Positions 12,700-25,699 of a DNA stretch of 64,000 bases are shown piece by piece. The position numbers and the translations under genes are program-made. The notes under the pieces are model-generated. The model worked only from the letters and a program-made list of their open reading frames with translations, was not told where the DNA came from and did not search any database. This DNA is from the human T2T-CHM13v2.0 reference genome, Homo sapiens. The DNA is taken from the NCBI RefSeq assembly GCF_009914755.1, contig NC_060925.1; one strand, 5' to 3'. Each line of letters begins with the position of its first letter. Position 1 is the stretch's first letter.

Positions 12700-15600
12700 T
12701 GTCCTCTAGAGACTGGAGGCCTCATGAACTTGTTAGAGTGAATATGGTGTGGGGGAATTTAACTTACATGACTCTGCTAGACACTGGGGCCCATGTCACT
12801 GTGGCCCCTGGTCCTGCAGAAGGGCATTGACACTGGGTGGCTTTAGATTTTCAGGGAGCTAAGGGGATGCTAGGTGGAAAGCTGGTTGCTTGCTTATGAG
12901 TGGGTCCATTTGGGCCATTAATTGACCCAGTGGTTGTGTTTCCTTTAGCTGAATGTATTAGAAAATTGATCTCCAAATACAATGTACAATCCCACAGTGC
13001 CTACTGAGTTACATCCCAAATAAAGTAAACATTTTAGCCATCCCACTAGGATAAGTCTATAGCTTAGAGCCACCATGTCTCCCCAAACCTCATAATATAA
13101 TACAATAAAGCCAATATCACATTCCTGTGGAGGAGAAGGTCATCATACTCTTCATTATGTGCAAATAGCAGGCAAACTTCTCAGTTTTAACAGTTAGCTT
13201 TAACCACTTAAGAAAGACAGTGGGACCTGTCACTTGAAAGTTGACTCTTCAGGGCTAAACACTATGACAGACCTATTAGCACCAGCAATTTTAGATATCA
13301 TCACAGTGACCAAATACAACATGGGGACCATCAGCAGATAGTACGAAGTCATTCTTCATGCATTCCTGATCCCTTTGAAAGATAAATACAAATTTGCATT
13401 TACATATCAAGATACATTTGCATTTGTACCTTGCCATGTAAATGGAAATGCATATACAATTGCATTTGCATGGCAGGGTAAATATAATATACATTTACAG
13501 TGCTGCAACAGGGGTATTTGAACTCACCTGATATGCCATCTATGAGGCAGATTGGACGTGACTACTGTGCCCTTGCCCAGAGGAGTCCTATGTATCCATT
13601 ACACAGATTACATACTCACTGTGGCCCTCAATGAGCAGACCACACAAGAGGCCTCGGACTTAATAGTCACAGATATGCAACAAGCAGCCTAGGAAACTGA
13701 CCCCAACAGAATCCAGGGACCAGCCCAACAGGTGACTTTTGTAAAGTTCACCTGGGCCAGAATCCAAACTGGATGCCAGAGCCTGGCTGTCAAAAATTGT
13801 TAGCATTAACCTGACCAAATACAATAAAAGAAGAACCAATATCTGATTGGACTTTTTAGATATTGGTGACAACATGTAACCCACCTGGGAATTCTGATGG
13901 TCCCTCCCCGCCGGATAACCAGAAAAGCAGCTATTTTCCATTAGGGGCCCATGGAGGCTAAGGCATTCCAGCCTTTACAGGAATCTATTACTCAGGCCTT
14001 GCCCCTGACCCATTAGAGCCTGCCTACCCTTTTGAATTACAAGCCTAAGTGTTGGGAGATCAAGCTGACTTAAGCCTTTGGCAAAAATAAAAAGAACACT
14101 AGGATTCAATAAGCCCTGAGTTTCTGAACTTGTAGGTCCCCAAAATAGCCACGCACTACATCCCATTTGAAAAACAGGTTTTAGACTGTTTTTGGGCCCT
14201 GGTGGAAACTGAAAGGCTGACCCAACATGCTGTGGCTGTACCCTGACTGGAAGTTCCAATTTTGTCCTGGGTTAACAGCAGCCTAGACATTGGAGAACAT
14301 CAGGCGAGCAAAGCTGCGTCATCAAACAGAAATGGTACATCCAAGACTAGGCCCAGATTAAGCAAGTTGCATGAGAAGGTGACCAGATATCCTGCAGGTG
14401 GAATGGTGTCTAATCCATTCAAGAAACTGTCAACTCCAGTGGCAAGTAAGAATCACAATTACAGGATGCAAGACTTGATACCTTCCACTGGATTATAAAT
14501 GGCTTTACAAAGCTGAAGCCTTGAGGAGGGAAATGGATTTTAGCTACTGTCAGCATGAAAACGGGAGGCATCATCACAGAATGTAGATGGTTGCATTGCC
14601 TAATGTGCTGAGTTATATGCAGTTTGGCTAGTGGTGTCCCACACCCTTGACACTGAACCATGCTACATCTTTACTGACTCTAAGGAAGTAGCTAATGGCC
14701 TGGCCACATGGTTAGGATCTTGGCCAGGATAATTGAACAATCAGAGACACCCCAGTGTAGGGTGCTATAATTTGGCAGAAACTGACAATATACTCCAACC
14801 TATTTGTCACTCATTTGGATGGACACAAGAAAGGTCCATACACCAACAAACATCCGTAGAATTAGCAATCAATCAAAACTGCACTGAGGGGCTGGGCGTG
14901 GGTGCTTACGCCAGTAATCCTAGCACTTCGGGAGGCTGAGGCAGGCAGATTACTTGAAGTCAGGAATTTAAGACCAGCCTGGCCAACATGGCAAAAACCC
15001 ATCTCTACTAAAAATACAAAAATTAGCCAGGCTTGGGGTGCATGCCTGTAATACAGCTACTCGGGAGGCTGAGGCACAAGAATCGCTTGAACCCAGGAGG
15101 CAGAGATTGCAGTGAGCCAAGATCAGATCACTGCACTCCAGCCTGGGTGACAGAGCAAAACTCTATTTCTAAAAAATAAAAAAAATAATAATAATTGCAC
15201 TGAAGAATTGGAGACAGTAGACATCAGGGAAGTGGCAGACGTTGCACATATTGTCCCAGTTACATTTTGGGTCCATCAGCAAACAGACCAGGACAACACT
15301 GCCACTATTATTTAGTGGGCCTGGAAATAAAGAATCACTTTTCCACATTTGGAAGCCACCACTGCCATCAAGAACTGTAAGTCTTTTCAACTTCAGGCCT
15401 GTGCACAAAACTGACAATCGGGGTACATTCCTTGAGGACAGCCCCTACACGAGTGTGGCACTTGGAATCTATACGTAACCTTCCCCAAGCTCTCAAGGAT
15501 ATAAATATGCCCTTACTACTGTGAACACATGCACTAGATATGAACTGACCTTTCCACATTTCCAGGATGGTGCCCTTGCTCAGCAAACACCATGACCTCC

Positions 15601-16450
15601 CTAGAAAAGAGGCTGTGCCATGTCTTCAGATAGCCTGATGACATTCAAATAGATAGAGGCCCTGCATTTTTTGCTGAGGCCATGCAGTTGTATGTTTGAG
15701 TATATGCAGAGTATATGGTATCTGTCGGACCCTTTTCAATAGACCACTGAAAAAAGCCTTAAATAGGAACACACAGAAAGAACTTTGCAAGGATGGACTA
15801 TGCAGCTATTAAGGACCCTCTGGATTTTAAATACCTCAGTTCAATGCAAAGGGAGCACAGCCCTGGGTTGCTTGATAGAGCAGTCTGCAGACAGGAGGAT
15901 AGAAGTACCGAGGCTGTGGACATGGGTGGTAGATATCCAGGTGCAAAAGGGGTTAAGGAATGATGATCAGAAGTATATATGGAGCCCATGTGGGTATGAG
16001 ATGTAGGCTATGCTGATAGTCCTAAGAGAAACTCTTACGAAACCTCTTTCCCACTACAGCTGTTCGCATTCCTCCCAATATCGTGACAGGTGTAGCCACC
16101 TGGCAGACAGACACATTGGAAGACTGTAACCTTGAAGTGCTGACCCCACAGGGCACTGTTATTTAGAGAATGGATGTGCCCACTGGCCCCATGGGCTCAG
16201 TCTCTGACCTAATGGGATGACAGGTGGCCCTAGTGGGGCTCCCAGTTCCCACAGGGTATGTCCTAGGTGATCTAAAAGTAGTGGATCTAAAAGTAGTGCA
16301 TCCACCCACGGTACCCTCTGATTATGCTGGGAGAAGAGTGTGGGTCAGGGTAGACTTGGGAGAAGTGGTGGTAGAAGGACAGGGACAGACAGACCTGATC
16401 ACCATTCATTGCAACCCCCATCTGAGATAGGAACATCTGAGACCAGGGGG
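12700..16450 (+). pseudogene. ERV pro-pol relic (protease, RT, RNase H, integrase), ERV-L class
   Basis: LLDTGA (DTG at 12780); FAFAWQG and TVLQQGYLNSP (~13460-13530); HYTDYIL as decayed YxDD (13600); YIFTDSKEVANGLATW (14664); SQGYKYALTTVNT (~15492); IQIDRGPAF (~15643). Confidence 0.85.
14890..15192 (+). mobile_element. AluS inserted in the ERV pol
   Basis: Full dimer with A tail; TSD aactgcactgagg / aattgcactgaag. Confidence 0.95.
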
Positions 16451-16499
16451 AGGGAAGAATGATTGGCAGGTGGTAATCCCCTGCCAGTCTGTTCTTTCT

Positions 16500-17800
16500 A
16501 CACAAATGAGGCAGCAGAGGCCTAAAGGCGTAACACTTTTCTTAGAAGTTCCCAAGCTGTGGCCACAAGAAACCTCATTCTGTCACTGACTAAAAAGTGA
16601 ACCCCTAGTCTTGCCAGCAGTCAAGTATGCCAGCATTCTCAAGGCCACAGTATATACTAATAGGACCCAAGCTATAGCTTTCTGTGTGAAGATCTGGAAC
16701 CAGCCATATGGAATGGAACCAGAAGAGCCTGTTTTAACTTGACTGATTTAAGATGGCAAATGTCACAACCACCACTAACAAAGTCATAGTGGGCTACGTG
16801 CTGCACCATACTCCTTTGATTTACTTGAACAAGAAGCGTCCCACTGATGACAACAGAAACAAGAGCTGAACTATTGTTAGCCCCCTGAACAACATTCCAG
16901 GAGGGAAATTGAGTTAATACCATTATGCAGTTAACGAGGGCTGGATGGTGAACACTTATGCCTACATACCTATGAGTGGGGCGCTGAATAAGAAAATGAA
17001 GAAAGGTGTGTTATGCATCTGTTTCTTTGTGGGCAGTCCAGGGTGACCCAAATATAGAATGGCAATGCCATGCCTGTATTGCTGAAAGATTGTGGGATCC
17101 TGCATGCTGGGCATCATAGGGGTGCCAGTGCCCTTGGATAGTGACCCTAACAATAAGATCCACCATTGGGCTAACAGCCTAGTGTATATACCGGGCACCC
17201 TAGAAACCTGCCAAAAGAAGTAACTGACTCTGGATTTATGTCCTTTAAAAGAGCTTTAACACTGTATCTGGGAGCCAGTGCTCAAGAAAAAAATGAAGAG
17301 AAATCTGTCTCTGACCATGACAAGTATTGCATCCTGTATGGCCACTGCTTTCGTAGCTCAGCAGACATCTCTCAACTCACTTGGAAAAGTTATTTTAGAA
17401 AACAAAACTGTTCTAGACTTCCTTTTAGCCCAATTGTGGGGCGTATGTGCCATTGTCAACAGCTGTTATACCTGGATAATTAACTCAGGCATTGTAGAGA
17501 CACAGGTGGAAAAGACGCAGAAAGGCAGGTTTACTGGCTGCATAGTGTGGGACCACCTGAATGATTGTTCTTCACTTCTTATCAACTTCCTAGCTGGATT
17601 GCCATGGCCTAGGCTAGGTGACTGCTGCGGTCAAGTATGACCATCTTACTTGTCATAGTAGTCCTCATGGATCTGGTAAATTGCATTCTGGCTATGACTC
17701 AATGATATGGCAACGAGATGGTATTCATCAAGCTGCTGTGTCAATCTGATGAGACAAAATTTCACCTTCATATCTCGGAAGGCCAGTGGACATAGGAAAT
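16500..17800 (+). pseudogene. ERV env relic with gamma-type TM
   Basis: ORF 17278..17640 QQTSLNSLGKVILENKTVLDFLLAQLWGVCAIVNSCYTWIINSG (immunosuppressive domain plus decayed CX6CC); RAPR-like furin site at ~17192; hydrophobic anchor ILLVIVVLMDLV at ~17643; 5' boundary approximate. Confidence 0.85.
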
Positions 17801-17842
17801 GAACTAGCTTTGCCAAGGAGGATATCTAGGTCAGGGGAATAG

Positions 17843-18489
17843 AGCAGGGCAGTTCTCCAGGTGGTCTTGAACCAACTCACTTCTGCTCCCCTTTCTCACT
17901 TGCAGTTCTCAAGAATAATTACAGAATGTGCTGAGAATGCAATAACTGATACAGAGATAGATTGCCTGAAACAGCCTGGATCTTATTCCTGTGCCTTCTA
18001 ACAAAGTAATGTCTTGAGTTAGGGAGGAACTGCCCAGAACAGCCTGGGTTTTGCTTCTTCTCCCCCTGGAATCAGGATGTCTTTCAGAACTTTTCCCAGT
18101 GAGTCATGTTTCCACTGAGGGTTATAAACCTTAGTGGTATGGGTTGACTTTCAAAGTCCCTCAGCTGTAATGCAAGCAAAACATGTGCAATCAGGACCCC
18201 ATTTGCCCTAGGCAGCTTTCTATAACCTTGGAAGAGTGACTAAATAAATCCAGGACTTATTTTGTCCCTTGCTGCCATCTGTAAGTAACAAACCTGCTTC
18301 ATATAACCTGCTGTGTGTGTGTGTTCTGTTCCCGGACTCAGGCAATTGGTAGAACTGTAGCCAAAGATGCAATGGGAAGAAATGCTCATGCTTCTGTTCC
18401 TGACGGTTGGCATAGGTGATGGATCTTTGCTATCCTCCATGTGGTGGGAGTCTTCCCTTGCACGTGGTCATTGGAGAACCTGCTCTGCA
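17843..18489 (+). mobile_element. 3' LTR, MER54/MER73-type (ERVL)
   Basis: Follows a purine-rich tract; 'cagttctccaggtggtcttgaacc...gttctcaagaataattacagaatgtgctgagaatgcaa' matches the recalled family; ends gaacctgctctgCA. Confidence 0.75.
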
Positions 18490-21117
18490 GGATGCCATCT
18501 AAATAATGTAGCATTACTCTTGTCCCGCAAGTCAAAAGCTCAAATATTTTCCACTGTTCTCCCTTTTTGCAGAAACTACACTAACTTTTCTTGCCATTTA
18601 AAAATGCAGCGAACACAGTAGACCCAGGAAATAAGGGATCTAAACTTAGTTAAAATTCTGTATCCAAACCTAAAACCTTGACTCTGTGGAGGACTCCCTA
18701 TGATGGTTATTCAGAATTTATTTACTTTTCATTTATACACCATGAATAACTGATTTATAACTGATTTTTCATATGGCAGAAAATACTCAAAATAAATTTA
18801 AATAGGGTATTTTATAAAATCGGAGACAATGACTGCAAGGATGAAAACAGGCAAATGAAGTTTTTCAATACAACACAAACAAGTCGGAATGACAGCCTAA
18901 ATTATCAAAAAGGTAGAATTTTGGTATAGCATATTTTGTTTAAGAAAACACAGAGGCATGCATTAAATGACTAAGAAACATTTCCAAAACATGGGTAATT
19001 TTTAGATTGTTATCAGTGGTAAATAAGAAGAGGTCTTTACAAAAACAATAGATGAGAATGTCAATTAATCCATGAGGCTGATTTTTAAATGAGAAGTGAT
19101 TCCCTTAGGAAATTTCTTCTAGAAAATGTAGGTTGATGTGTTACGTAGCCTACTGTATACTTTGGCTATAAAGAGAATTGTTTGAATGCATTTGAATCAG
19201 GCTAGTCATGAGAAATAATAATTCTAACATACGTCTCCTTGTTAAATAAGTAATTCACTCAATAGTCAATTATAAATTATGTGGATTTCTGTGCACTTTT
19301 TGGAAACACTTGAACTAAGAAATAAGTAATTTTCTTTACTGAATTATGTTTATAAAAAATATGTATCTTTGGAAATTTGGGATTACACATATAAAGCAAT
19401 GAAATTCAAAAACGTAGGATTCAAACTGCAATTAAAATACTTAATATATTTTCTAGTTTAAATAAATGCAGTCATAATAAAGAAAACATGTGTTATTCTC
19501 TTCTTCCTGCTTCATATCTCTATCTGCCATTCTAACCTATCCTTTCTAGTTTGATTCCAGAATAAGCTGCCACAACACAGTGGTGAGTTAAACAAGGAAA
19601 AATGATTAATATATAAATATAGAAAGTAAGTGTACCCTATACCACTGTGTCAGGGCTTTAACTTTTAGTCATCGTGTGCATTAATTTAAAAACCTCTGAA
19701 TTTCAAAACTTAATTAGAAACCAAAAAGGCAGTATCAATGAGTCAACACTTCAGTTCATTATATTTGCTCTCTCACAAAATATTGTTTTGCTCTGACAAA
19801 TGCCTGACACAGGAAATGAAGTACTGCCCCTTCCTTCTCCAAAACAATTACAAAACCTTTAGCCAATATGTTTTAATGGATGGCTTAATGTACCAAGAAT
19901 AAATAAAAGTGAGAACAAGGTATGAGATAATATCTAAGAATATGTTATTGCTCCTCTCATTTATTGTAGAAATGTGACTGCAGAAGGGATGGGGAAAAGA
20001 GCAAAGATCTAGCCAATAATCCCTAGGAACTTCTGTATCATCCAATTAATATTGTTGGAGGAAAAAAAAAACAGCACTTCTATAGAATTAACGCTTTAAA
20101 GATAAGATTATGAGAACGAATGTTTCCACAATCAGCTGATAACTCAAAAGAGATAGTAGTTACACCAGGACTCAACTATTCTGGCGTATATTTAAATGTG
20201 TTCATCAGAGGAGAATATACCTACTGGCATCTTCTTTTTGAGGTTTAGGGAAGAAGCAAATGTTCCATATGGGATTATTATTCTTTGTACATATTGAAGA
20301 AGAGGCTTCATTGCTTTAAGAATTTCACAAACCTAAATAACAACTTAAGAAAAAATACATTCTAAAGCAAAAAGAGTTTTTGATCTTGTGTATCATTGTC
20401 AGACTTTTCAGTATCAGGAAGACATAATTATTCTCACCATGATGCCATATGAGTGCAGAGTCCAAAGACTTTTTTGCAGAAAGCAAGTTTATCATAGTAT
20501 TTCCTCAAAATAATTTACCCCTGAGATGCAAAAAGTTTGCTTGTAAGTTTACTCTTGGTTGGGTTGGATTCTAAATCAAAATTGTATGTGGAAAACAGTA
20601 AAAAATGATATAACTTCATAAAATGTGACACTCAAATGAGATTTTCGGGAAGAAAGTGTTTTGAACAAAATTAAGCACTATATAAAAACCTTCCATTTCT
20701 GATGATGATCACTAATAATGATAATAAAAGTCTTTGTTTCAAGATTTTCTATTGCAAAGTAATGATAGTTTTCAGAAAATTAAAAATTACAAGTTTATCT
20801 GACAACATCAAGTTATTTAAAATGAACAGCTTATTCCACTACAGTCATCAGCCAATTATATAATGATCAGGTTCTCAAGAAGGAAATGTGAATTAAAAGA
20901 AAATTTTAATGTGAAATAAAGATAATAGAAGATACAATAAGCAAGACAAAATAACTTTCAAACATATTTTTTAACAATTCAGTAATATAAGCCACTACAA
21001 TTTTAGGGAAATGTATATATAAAAATCACTGTAATGTTCTATTGAAACTCTGAGAGTATTTATAACACAATATTCTAATTCACTTAAATTATTGAGCCTC
21101 TTAAGAGTGTTTGCCTT

Positions 21118-21389
21118 AAACTATCGCAACAACAAAAAACCAAACACGGCATGTTCTCACTCATAAATGGGAATTGAACAATGAGAACACATGGACACAG
21201 GAAGGGGAATATCACACACCAGGGCCTGTTGTGGGGTGGGGGGAGGGGGGAGGGATAGCATTAGGAGATATACCTAATGTTAAATGATGAGTTAATGGGT
21301 GCAGCACACCAACATGGCACATGTATACATATGTAACAAACCTGCACGTTGTGCACATGTACCCTAAAACTTAAAGTATAATAAAAAAG
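21118..21389 (+). mobile_element. 5'-truncated L1PA (about PA4-5) 3' end
   Basis: L1PA 3' UTR with G-rich tract and aataaa-A tail; perfect 16-bp repeat agagtgtttgccttaa at 21104 and 21390; TT/AAGA endonuclease site. Confidence 0.95.
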
Positions 21390-21495
21390 AGAGTGTTTGC
21401 CTTAATACATTGTGTCTCAGAATTATTACTTTGTCATCTTGCAAACATGTTATATATTATTAAGTACATACAAATTTAAGACAGTAATTAGTTTT

Positions 21496-24400
21496 CTTTA
21501 ATTTTAATTTTTGTGGGGGTGTATAGTAGGTATATAGATTTATGGGGTACGTGAGATGTTTTGATACAGGCATACAATGCGTAATAACCACATCATGGAA
21601 AAAGGGGTATCCATCCCCTCAAGCATTTATTCTTTGTGTTACAAACAATGCAATTATACTGTTTTAGTTATTTTAAAAGGTATAATTAAATTATTTTTGA
21701 TGTTGTGCTATCAAATGCTAGGTCTTATTCCCTCTAACCGCTATTTTTTTTTAACCCACTAACCATCCCCTCTTCTCCCTGTCTCAACAACCTCTACCCT
21801 TCCCAGCCTCTGGTAATCATCCTTCTACTCTCTATCTCCATGAGTTCAGTTCCATCCCTTTGTTGCAAATCACAAAATCTCATTCCTTTTTATGACTGAT
21901 TAGTACTCCATTGCATACAACTACAACGTTTTCTTTATCCGTTTATCTGTGGATGGACATTTAGGTTGCTTCCAAATTTTGGCTATTATGAACAGTGCTG
22001 CAACAAACATGAGAGTGCAGTATTGTTTCTCTCTGATATACTATCGTTTCATCATTTCTCTCCAATAAAAAGATTTCACTTCTTTTGAGCATATAACTAG
22101 CAGTAGGATTGCTAGGTTATATGGTAGCTCTATTTTCGTTTTTTTTGAGAAACCTCCCAACTGTTTTCCATAGTGATTGTACTGATTTAAGTTCCCACCA
22201 AACAGTGTCTGAGAGTTCCCCTTTCTCCACATTCTCACCAGCATTTGCAATTGCCTGTCTTTTAGACATAAGCCACTTGAGCTGTAGTGAGAAGACATTT
22301 CATTGTAATTTTGATTTGCATTTCTGGTGATCAGCAACGTTGAGCACCTTTTCATATGCCTGTCTGCCAGTATGTCTTCTTTTGAAAAGTGTCTATTTAA
22401 GTATTTTGCCCATTTTAATTCAGATTATTAGATTTTTTTTCCTAGAGAGTTGTTTGAGCTCCTTGTATGTTCTGGTATTAATCCTTTGTCAGATGGGTGG
22501 TTTGCAAATATTTTCTCCCATTCTGTGGGTTATTGCTTCACTTTGTTGACTGTTTCCTTGGCTGTGCAGAAGCTTTTTAACTTGATGTGATCCCATTTGT
22601 CTATTTTTGCGTTAGTTGCCTATGCTTGTGGGGTATCACTCAAGAAATTTTTGCCCAGACCAATGTCCTGGAGAGTTTCTTGCAGTATTTTAATAGTTTG
22701 AGGCCTTAGACTTAAGCCTTTATTCCATTTTGACTAGAATTTTGTATATGGTGAGAGACAGGGGTCTAGTTTCATTATTCTTCATATGGATATCCAGTTT
22801 TACCAGAACCATTTGTTAAAGAGACTGTCTTTTCCCCAATCCATGTCCTTGGCACCCTCATCGAAAATGAGTTCACTGTAGGTGTGAGGATTTGTTTCTG
22901 GGTTCTCTATTCTATTACATTGGCCTCTGTGTCTGTTTTTATGCCAGTACCATGTTGTTTTGGTTACTACAACTGTGTAGAATAATTTGAAGTCAGGTAA
23001 TGTGATTCCTCCAGTCTTCTTCTTTTGCTTAGGATATCTTTGCTTATTCTGAGTCTTTTGTGGTTCCATATAAATTTTAGGATTTTTTTCTATTTTGGTG
23101 AAGAATGCCATTGGTGTTTTGATAGGGATTACATTGAATCTATATATTACTTAGGGTAGTATGGACATTTTAACAATACTGATTCTTCCAATAAATGAAC
23201 ATGGAATATCTTTCCATTTTTTAGTGTCCTCTTCAATTTCTTTCATCAGTGTTTTATAGTTTTCATTATAGAAATCTTTCACTTATTTAAGTTAATTCCT
23301 AGGTATTTGATTTTATTTGTGGCTATTGTAAATGGGGTAGCTTTTTTACTTATTTTCAGATTGTTCACTGTTAGGATATAGAAATGCTTCTGATTTCTGT
23401 ATGTTGATTGTGTACTGCAACTTTAGCAAATTTATTTATTAGTTCTAATAGCTTTTTGTGAAGTCTTCAGGTTTTTTCAAATATAAGATTATATCATCTG
23501 CCTCAAAGATAATTTTATTTATTTTCCAATTTGAATGTGCTTTACATCTTTCTCTTGTCTGATTGCTCTAGCTAGGACTTCCAGTGTTCTGTTGGATAAC
23601 AGTGGTGAAAATGGGCATCCTTGTCAAGGTCCAGATCTTAGAGGAAAGGCTTTCAGTTTTTCCCATTCAGTATAATACCAGGTGTGAGTCTGTTGCACAT
23701 GACTTTTATTATGTTGAGGAATGTTCCTTGTATATCTGGTTTTTTAAGGGTTGTTATTATGAAGGGATGTTGAATTTTTATCAAATGCTTTTTTAGGATT
23801 AATTGAAATAATCATAAATTTGTCCTTCATTCTGTTGATATAATATATCACATTCATTGATTTGCAAATGTTAAATCATACTTGCATCCCAGGGATAAAT
23901 CCCACTTGGTCACAATGAAAGATCTTTTTACCGTTTTGTTGAATTTGGCTTGGTAGCATGTTGTTGAGGATTTTTGCACTAATATTCATCTGAGATATTT
24001 GCCTGCAGTTTTCTTTTCTTGATGTGTCTTTGATTTTGTTATCAGGGTAATAGTGGCCTAGTAAAATGAGCTTGGAAATATCTGCTGCTCTGTTTTTCAG
24101 AATAATGTGAGTGGGATTGGTGTCAGTCTTTCTTTTACTGTTCAGTAGAATTCAGCAGTGAAACAATAAGGTCTCTGGCTTTTCTTTACTGGGAGGCTTT
24201 TTATTAAGGCATCAATCTCATAATTTTTTTTGGTCTGTTGAGTTTTGGATTTCTTCCTTGTTCAATCTTGGTAGGTTGTGTCTAGGAATTTGCCCATTTT
24301 TTCTAGATTTTCCAATATATTGACATAGAGTTGCTCATAGTAGCCACTATTTGTATTTCTGTGTTATCAGTTGTAATGTGTCCTTTTTCATTCCTTATTT

Positions 24401-25655
24401 TATTTGTTTGGAACTTCTCTCTATTTTTTTAGTTGGTTTGACTAAGTTTGTCAGTTTTATTTAACTTTACAAAAATAGCTTTTTGTTTTATTGATCCTCT
24501 GTATTCCTATTTATTGTTTACTTCATTTCAATTTCATTTATTTCTTCTTGGATCTTTATTACTTCTTTTATTCTACTATTTTTGCATTTGGTTTGCCTTT
24601 GCTTTTATACTTCTTTAAAATGCATCATTAGGTTGTCTATTTGAAGTTTTGCCTCTTTTTGATGTACTTGGAGGCACTTATAGCTATAAAATTCCCTCTT
24701 AGTACTGCTTTTGCTGTATCCCATAGGTTTTGGTAGGCTGTGTTTCCACTGTCATTTGTTTCCGAATATTTTGTTTCCTTCTTAATTTCGTCATTGACTC
24801 ACTGGTCATTCAGGAGCATATTGTTTGCATTCCATGTGTTTGTATAGTTCCAAAATTCCACTAGTTATTGATTTCTAGTTTTATTTCATCCTGGTCAAAG
24901 AAGATGCTTTCATATTATTTAATTTTTGGAAAGTTTTAAGACTTGTTTTGTGATCTAACATATGGTCTAACCTTAAGAATGATACACATGCTGAGGAAAA
25001 GAATATGTATTCTGCAGCCATTGGATGCAATGTTCTGTAAATGTTAAATATCTGGGTGCTCCAATGTTGTGTGCCTCCCCAGTCCACTGGCCTAGGACCA
25101 AGTTCAGCACTAGGACTCACCTAGGAGTTGCAGTCTTTGTGGCCTAGACTGTCTTTGAAGTTTACTTGGTGCCCCAGTGCATGTTAGCCCATAGTGATGA
25201 GGCTTGTGGGAAATCAAGTTGGTCTGCTGCAAGTGGCAATTTCCTTCTGGAAGGAGCTGGTTTAAATGCTCCCTCAGTATCAGCTGAGTTTGGTCCAGTT
25301 TTGTTTTCTGCTATAACAGGGCAACACTGAGTTCAATGCCTCACAATAGCTTCACTCTTCCCCTCCCCAGTGCACAGAAATGCTCTCCATGCTGTGTTGT
25401 CATTGCCAGTGCTTTGGGGAGGGGTGCTGTCAGTGATTCAAGACTGTTTTCCCACCTCATCAGTGCCTGTCTGGGTGCTATGAAGTTAAAACCAGATACC
25501 ATGAGTCTCACCTGATTTTTGGTTCTCATGAAGGTGTTTTATTTATTTATTTATATATTAATTTATTTTTTGTAGATAGTTATTAAATTGATGTCCTTGC
25601 CAGGTGGACAACTGGTGAAGCCTTCTATTCTACTGTCTTTCTCTGTCCCTCTCAC
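21496..25655 (-). mobile_element. L1MA1/2-type LINE with both ends, internally deleted
   Basis: 3' UTR at 21500-21900; ORF2 relics (ORF 22800..23111 [12 protein letters not shown]...WYWHKNRH; EN region at 24881-25070); 5' UTR at 25075-25655; TSD cagtaattagtttt / cagtaatcggtttt. Confidence 0.88.
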
Positions 25656-25699
25656 CAGTAATCGGTTTTTAGTGTGTTTGATAACATACTGCTTTACAA

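Larger units (their letters stand above)
11649..18489 (+). mobile_element. Decayed class III endogenous retrovirus with env (HERV-S/HERVL74-like), 5' LTR absent
   Basis: Collinear PBS - putative gag - PR - RT - RNase H - IN - env - purine-rich tract - LTR; many stops and frameshifts; flanked by GGATGCCAT direct repeats. Confidence 0.85.

Noticed and set aside
17278-17640. env ORF as a co-opted, syncytin-like gene
   Set aside because: Only 120 codons; SU is broken by stops and frameshifts, CX6CC is decayed and the anchor is out of frame
21233-21253. G-quadruplex-forming tract
   Set aside because: Normal part of the L1PA 3' UTR
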